Both the position numbers and the translations under genes were made by a program. Source: Candidatus Latescibacterota bacterium (GTDB taxonomy: Bacteria > Latescibacterota > UBA2968 > GCA-2709665). Taken from it: DNA of 64,000 bases. Of the stretch, positions 61,240 through 64,000 are shown piece by piece. The first letter of the stretch is position 1, and each line of letters starts with the position of its first letter. Location: positions 192,001 to 256,000 of the forward strand of contig CAXXXF010000012.1 in the NCBI GenBank assembly GCA_963667175.2, written 5' to 3'. Under the pieces are notes generated by a model. That model saw only the letters and a program-made list of their open reading frames with translations. It searched no databases and was not told the origin of the DNA.

Positions 61240-62081
61240 CATCCCCTATCGCCGGCAATTACGCCCACTTCCTCCGCCGTCGCCCACAGCAGTGGTACGA
61301 GCAGGTCCTCCTGAACCGAACCGTCGTGCATACCGAGATTCCCGCTCTCGTCCTCAACGCCGCGCGGAGACTCGTGCATCCCGTGATCCGCAACGATCAC
61401 GACTGCATATCCGGAGGTCGCGAGAGAGGACAGAAGGCCCTTCATGCGCCGGTCCGTGTTCACGGCGGCCTCGCGGACCTCCGGCGTATAGGGGCCGAAT
61501 CTGTGACCGGCTTCGTCTATATCGAGCAGATGTACGAACGCGAATCCGGGCGAATCTTCAACAATCAAGTCGGGCACCCGGCTGTAGATTTCCAGATCGT
61601 TTCGTTCCTCGGCCAGGACGGTCCTGTCGGCAAACCGTTCGATATCCAGACCCGCCACGTCCCGTTTGTGCACGGCCATCAACGTCTGTCCGCCCGCGGC
61701 CCTGACTCGATCGAAAACGGAATCCATATCCGGGGATCGTGTCGCGTGGATCATCGTCTGTAAATCCGTCACGCCATGGGAGGCCGGAGAACTGCCGGTC
61801 AACATCGTCGAGATGCAGATATACGTCATGGACGGCAGCACGGATTGGATTTCGAGGCGCCGAAGCGCCGCGACCCGGTTGAACACCGGCACGGAATCGC
61901 GAACGTACGCCCACAACGACGAACCGAAACCGTCAACCACCACCAGTGCCAGCCGGTCGGCCGCAGCCAGGGTCTCGATGACGGCGGCGATCGGCGGCGC
62001 CTCGGCCCCACGGGGGGCGGGCACGTTTAGTACGCGGGCAACGGTCGGAGCGATCGCCCGCAAGTCGATGGATTCAGCCAT
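61239..62081 (-). CDS. Alkaline phosphatase superfamily protein (NPP/PglZ-like)
   Basis: VVVDGFG, PSMT, TG, DEAGH, ADHG, HDG. Confidence 0.82.
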   Translation of the reverse strand: MAESIDLRAIAPTVARVLNVPAPRGAEAPPIAAVIETLAAADRLALVVVDGFGSSLWAYVRDSVPVFNRVAALRRLEIQSVLPSMTYICISTMLTGSSPASHGVTDLQTMIHATRSPDMDSVFDRVRAAGGQTLMAVHKRDVAGLDIERFADRTVLAEERNDLEIYSRVPDLIVEDSPGFAFVHLLDIDEAGHRFGPYTPEVREAAVNTDRRMKGLLSSLATSGYAVVIVADHGMHESPRGVEDESGNLGMHDGSVQEDLLVPLLWATAEEVGVIAGDRG

Positions 62082-63450
62082 CACAGCCCCCAGAATCCAG
62101 AACCAGTGTCTTGAACCGGTTTCCGCGCTCCACGTAATTGAGAAAGCGATCGTAGCTGGCCGATGCCGGAGAAAACAAAACGGTACCGCCGGTTCCCGCC
62201 CGCCGCGTTGCGGCGGGCACGGCATCGTCCAGCGAGTCCACGCGTGAAATATGCGTGGGAGATCCGGACGGGACCGAAGCCGCAATCGCGTCCGCCGTGT
62301 CGCCCGTAAGGATCAGATGGGACACCCTGCGCCCGATGTGTCGGCCCAGCGCAACGTATGACAGACCCTTGTCGGAGCCCCCTGCGATCAGCACAACGCC
62401 CGGCGGCAGGGCCGAGAGCGCCACGAGAGTCCGGTCAGGGCTGGTGGCGATCGAATCGTTGTAATACGTAACGCCTTGGAACTCCGCCACCCGCTCCAGC
62501 CGGTGCGGCACGCCCTTGAAACTGCGAAGCGCGTCCGCGACGTCCTTTTCGGTCACGCCGTTGCAGAGCGCCGCCCCGCACGCGGCCAGCGCGTTTTCCA
62601 GGTTATGCCGTCCGGGCAGAGCGACCGTGGCAGCCGGACAGACGGCTTCTTCGGATTGGGCGATCCGGTGTCTTATCTCTCCGTCTTCCACAAAGACGTC
62701 GCAATCCGACGTCCGTTGCGCGCCGAATACGACGCGGCGTCCGCGCCCCCGCCACTGCCGGACTTCAGGGTCGTCGCCGTTCAGCACCTCCACGTCGCCT
62801 TCGCCCTGGTGCGCGATTATCTGTCGTTTCGCCTGCCTATATGCCTCCAGCGAACCGTGCATATCCAGGTGATTGGGGGCGAAATTCGTAATGACGGCGG
62901 TCTCCGGGCTCCATTTCAATTCGGTCAGCCGCTCGAGCTGAAAGCTGGACAGTTCGAGGACCACACGCGTGTCCACAGTGATCTCCTCGAGGCGTTCCAG
63001 TAAAGACCCCCCGATATTTCCGCCCACCAGCGTCCGCGGTGACTTGCGCCGCATCATCTCGGCCGCCAGAGACGCGGTCGTCGTCTTTCCGCTGGTGCCG
63101 GTAATCCCCACGACCGGCGCCCTGCACCGCTCAGCAAACAGGCAGATTTCCGTAGTTACGGGGATACCCCGTTTTTCGACAGCCTTCAGGAACGGGGATG
63201 ACCGTGGCACCGCGGGATTGGCCACGACAAGGTCCGCCGCCCGGAAATCCGACGCCTCGTGTCCGCCCAGCCTGTAGGCGACGGGCAGCGTCTCGAGCGT
63301 CCGCAACGACTCCCGAAGCGCGTCGGCCTGCCGCAGGTCGGTAACGGTAACGCGCGCTCCCTCCCTGCACAGAAACCGCACCGCGCCCGCGCCCCCTCCG
63401 AACAGACCAAGACCCATCACAAGCACTCGCCGCCCGTCCAGCGACGTCAC
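62074..63450 (-). CDS. murD: UDP-N-acetylmuramoyl-L-alanine--D-glutamate ligase
   Basis: GITGTSGKTTT, GGNIG, LELSSFQL, NHLD.H, HRLE, NDSIAT, SPASASYD. Confidence 0.95.
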   Translation of the reverse strand: MTSLDGRRVLVMGLGLFGGGAGAVRFLCREGARVTVTDLRQADALRESLRTLETLPVAYRLGGHEASDFRAADLVVANPAVPRSSPFLKAVEKRGIPVTTEICLFAERCRAPVVGITGTSGKTTTASLAAEMMRRKSPRTLVGGNIGGSLLERLEEITVDTRVVLELSSFQLERLTELKWSPETAVITNFAPNHLDMHGSLEAYRQAKRQIIAHQGEGDVEVLNGDDPEVRQWRGRGRRVVFGAQRTSDCDVFVEDGEIRHRIAQSEEAVCPAATVALPGRHNLENALAACGAALCNGVTEKDVADALRSFKGVPHRLERVAEFQGVTYYNDSIATSPDRTLVALSALPPGVVLIAGGSDKGLSYVALGRHIGRRVSHLILTGDTADAIAASVPSGSPTHISRVDSLDDAVPAATRRAGTGGTVLFSPASASYDRFLNYVERGNRFKTLVLDSGGCDG

Positions 63451-64000
63451 GGTTCAACCCCTTCCCGGATCGGAATCTTTCCCCCGGACTCAAGCAGATC
63501 GAGGATCTGCCGCGCGGCCGCCTGAGGCGAACATTCGGCCGCCTTGATCACGAGTTCCGGAGCCGCCGGGGGCTCGTAGGGATCCGAGATCCCGGTGAAA
63601 TCATGGATCTCACCCGCGCGCGCCTTCTGATACAGTCCCTTTGGGTCCCTCTCCTCGCAGACCGAAAGTGGGGTGTCCACGTAGACCTCCAGAAAGTCGC
63701 CCCGGTCCAGCATTCCCCGTACGCCGTCCCTGTCGGCCCTGTACGGGCTCACGAAGCTGCTTATCGTAAGGATCCCGGCATCCACGAACAGCTTTCCCAC
63801 CTCGCCGATGCGGCGTATATTCTCAGCCCTGTCCTCAGCCGAAAAACCCAGATTGCAGTTCAGCCCATGCCGGATATTGTCGCCATCCAGCACGTAGGCC
63901 ATGTGACCCCGCGCAGCCAGCGCGTGCTCCACGGTAAACGCAATGGTGCTCTTCCCGGAGGACGGCAGACCCGTCAGCCACACCAGACACCCCGCCTGCG
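63447..64000 (-). CDS. cysC: Adenylyl-sulfate kinase (5' end outside the window)
   Basis: WLTGLPSSGKST, LDGDNIRHGL, RDPKGLY, FTGISDPYE. Confidence 0.95.
   Translation of the reverse strand, partial: QAGCLVWLTGLPSSGKSTIAFTVEHALAARGHMAYVLDGDNIRHGLNCNLGFSAEDRAENIRRIGEVGKLFVDAGILTISSFVSPYRADRDGVRGMLDRGDFLEVYVDTPLSVCEERDPKGLYQKARAGEIHDFTGISDPYEPPAAPELVIKAAECSPQAAARQILDLLESGGKIPIREGVEP

Overview
High-GC bacterial DNA, gene-dense and mostly on the minus strand. A TonB receptor, an outer-membrane barrel, a GWxTD protein and RNase Y together suggest a diderm of the FCB group (Latescibacterota/Gemmatimonadota-like); this is inference only. (1) 1-12 kb is a methylated-amine catabolic operon: mgsC-like FMN protein, a small unknown protein, an acyl-CoA-dehydrogenase-fold protein, tdm, a flavin reductase, amt, fhs, a small membrane protein, gmaS/glnT and an Nramp-like transporter. 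It lacks tmm, dmm, mgsAB and mgd, and carries about 10 insertion frameshifts between 5.4 and 10.5 kb. (2) 12.9-16 kb holds an NHL lipoprotein, a TlpA-like protein and a beta-barrel with an in-frame TGA followed by a SECIS-like hairpin. (3) 16-35 kb is a hydrolase/oxidoreductase region with two loop-extended ankyrin lipoproteins and a plant-HPR1-like dehydrogenase. (4) 35-54 kb holds Fe-S, tRNA-modification, oxidative-stress, pantothenate and folate genes. (5) 54-64 kb holds a TonB receptor, qor, an M42 peptidase, a sigma-70 factor, murD and cysC. Three copies of a ~200 bp MITE carry 17-31 bp hairpin inserts, two of which have filled/empty-site evidence. Best candidates for novelty: a two-component flavin monooxygenase standing in for Tmm/Dmm, a candidate outer-membrane selenoprotein, and the nested micro-elements. 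No rRNA, tRNA or CRISPR array was seen. All family calls are from motif recognition; no database search was run.
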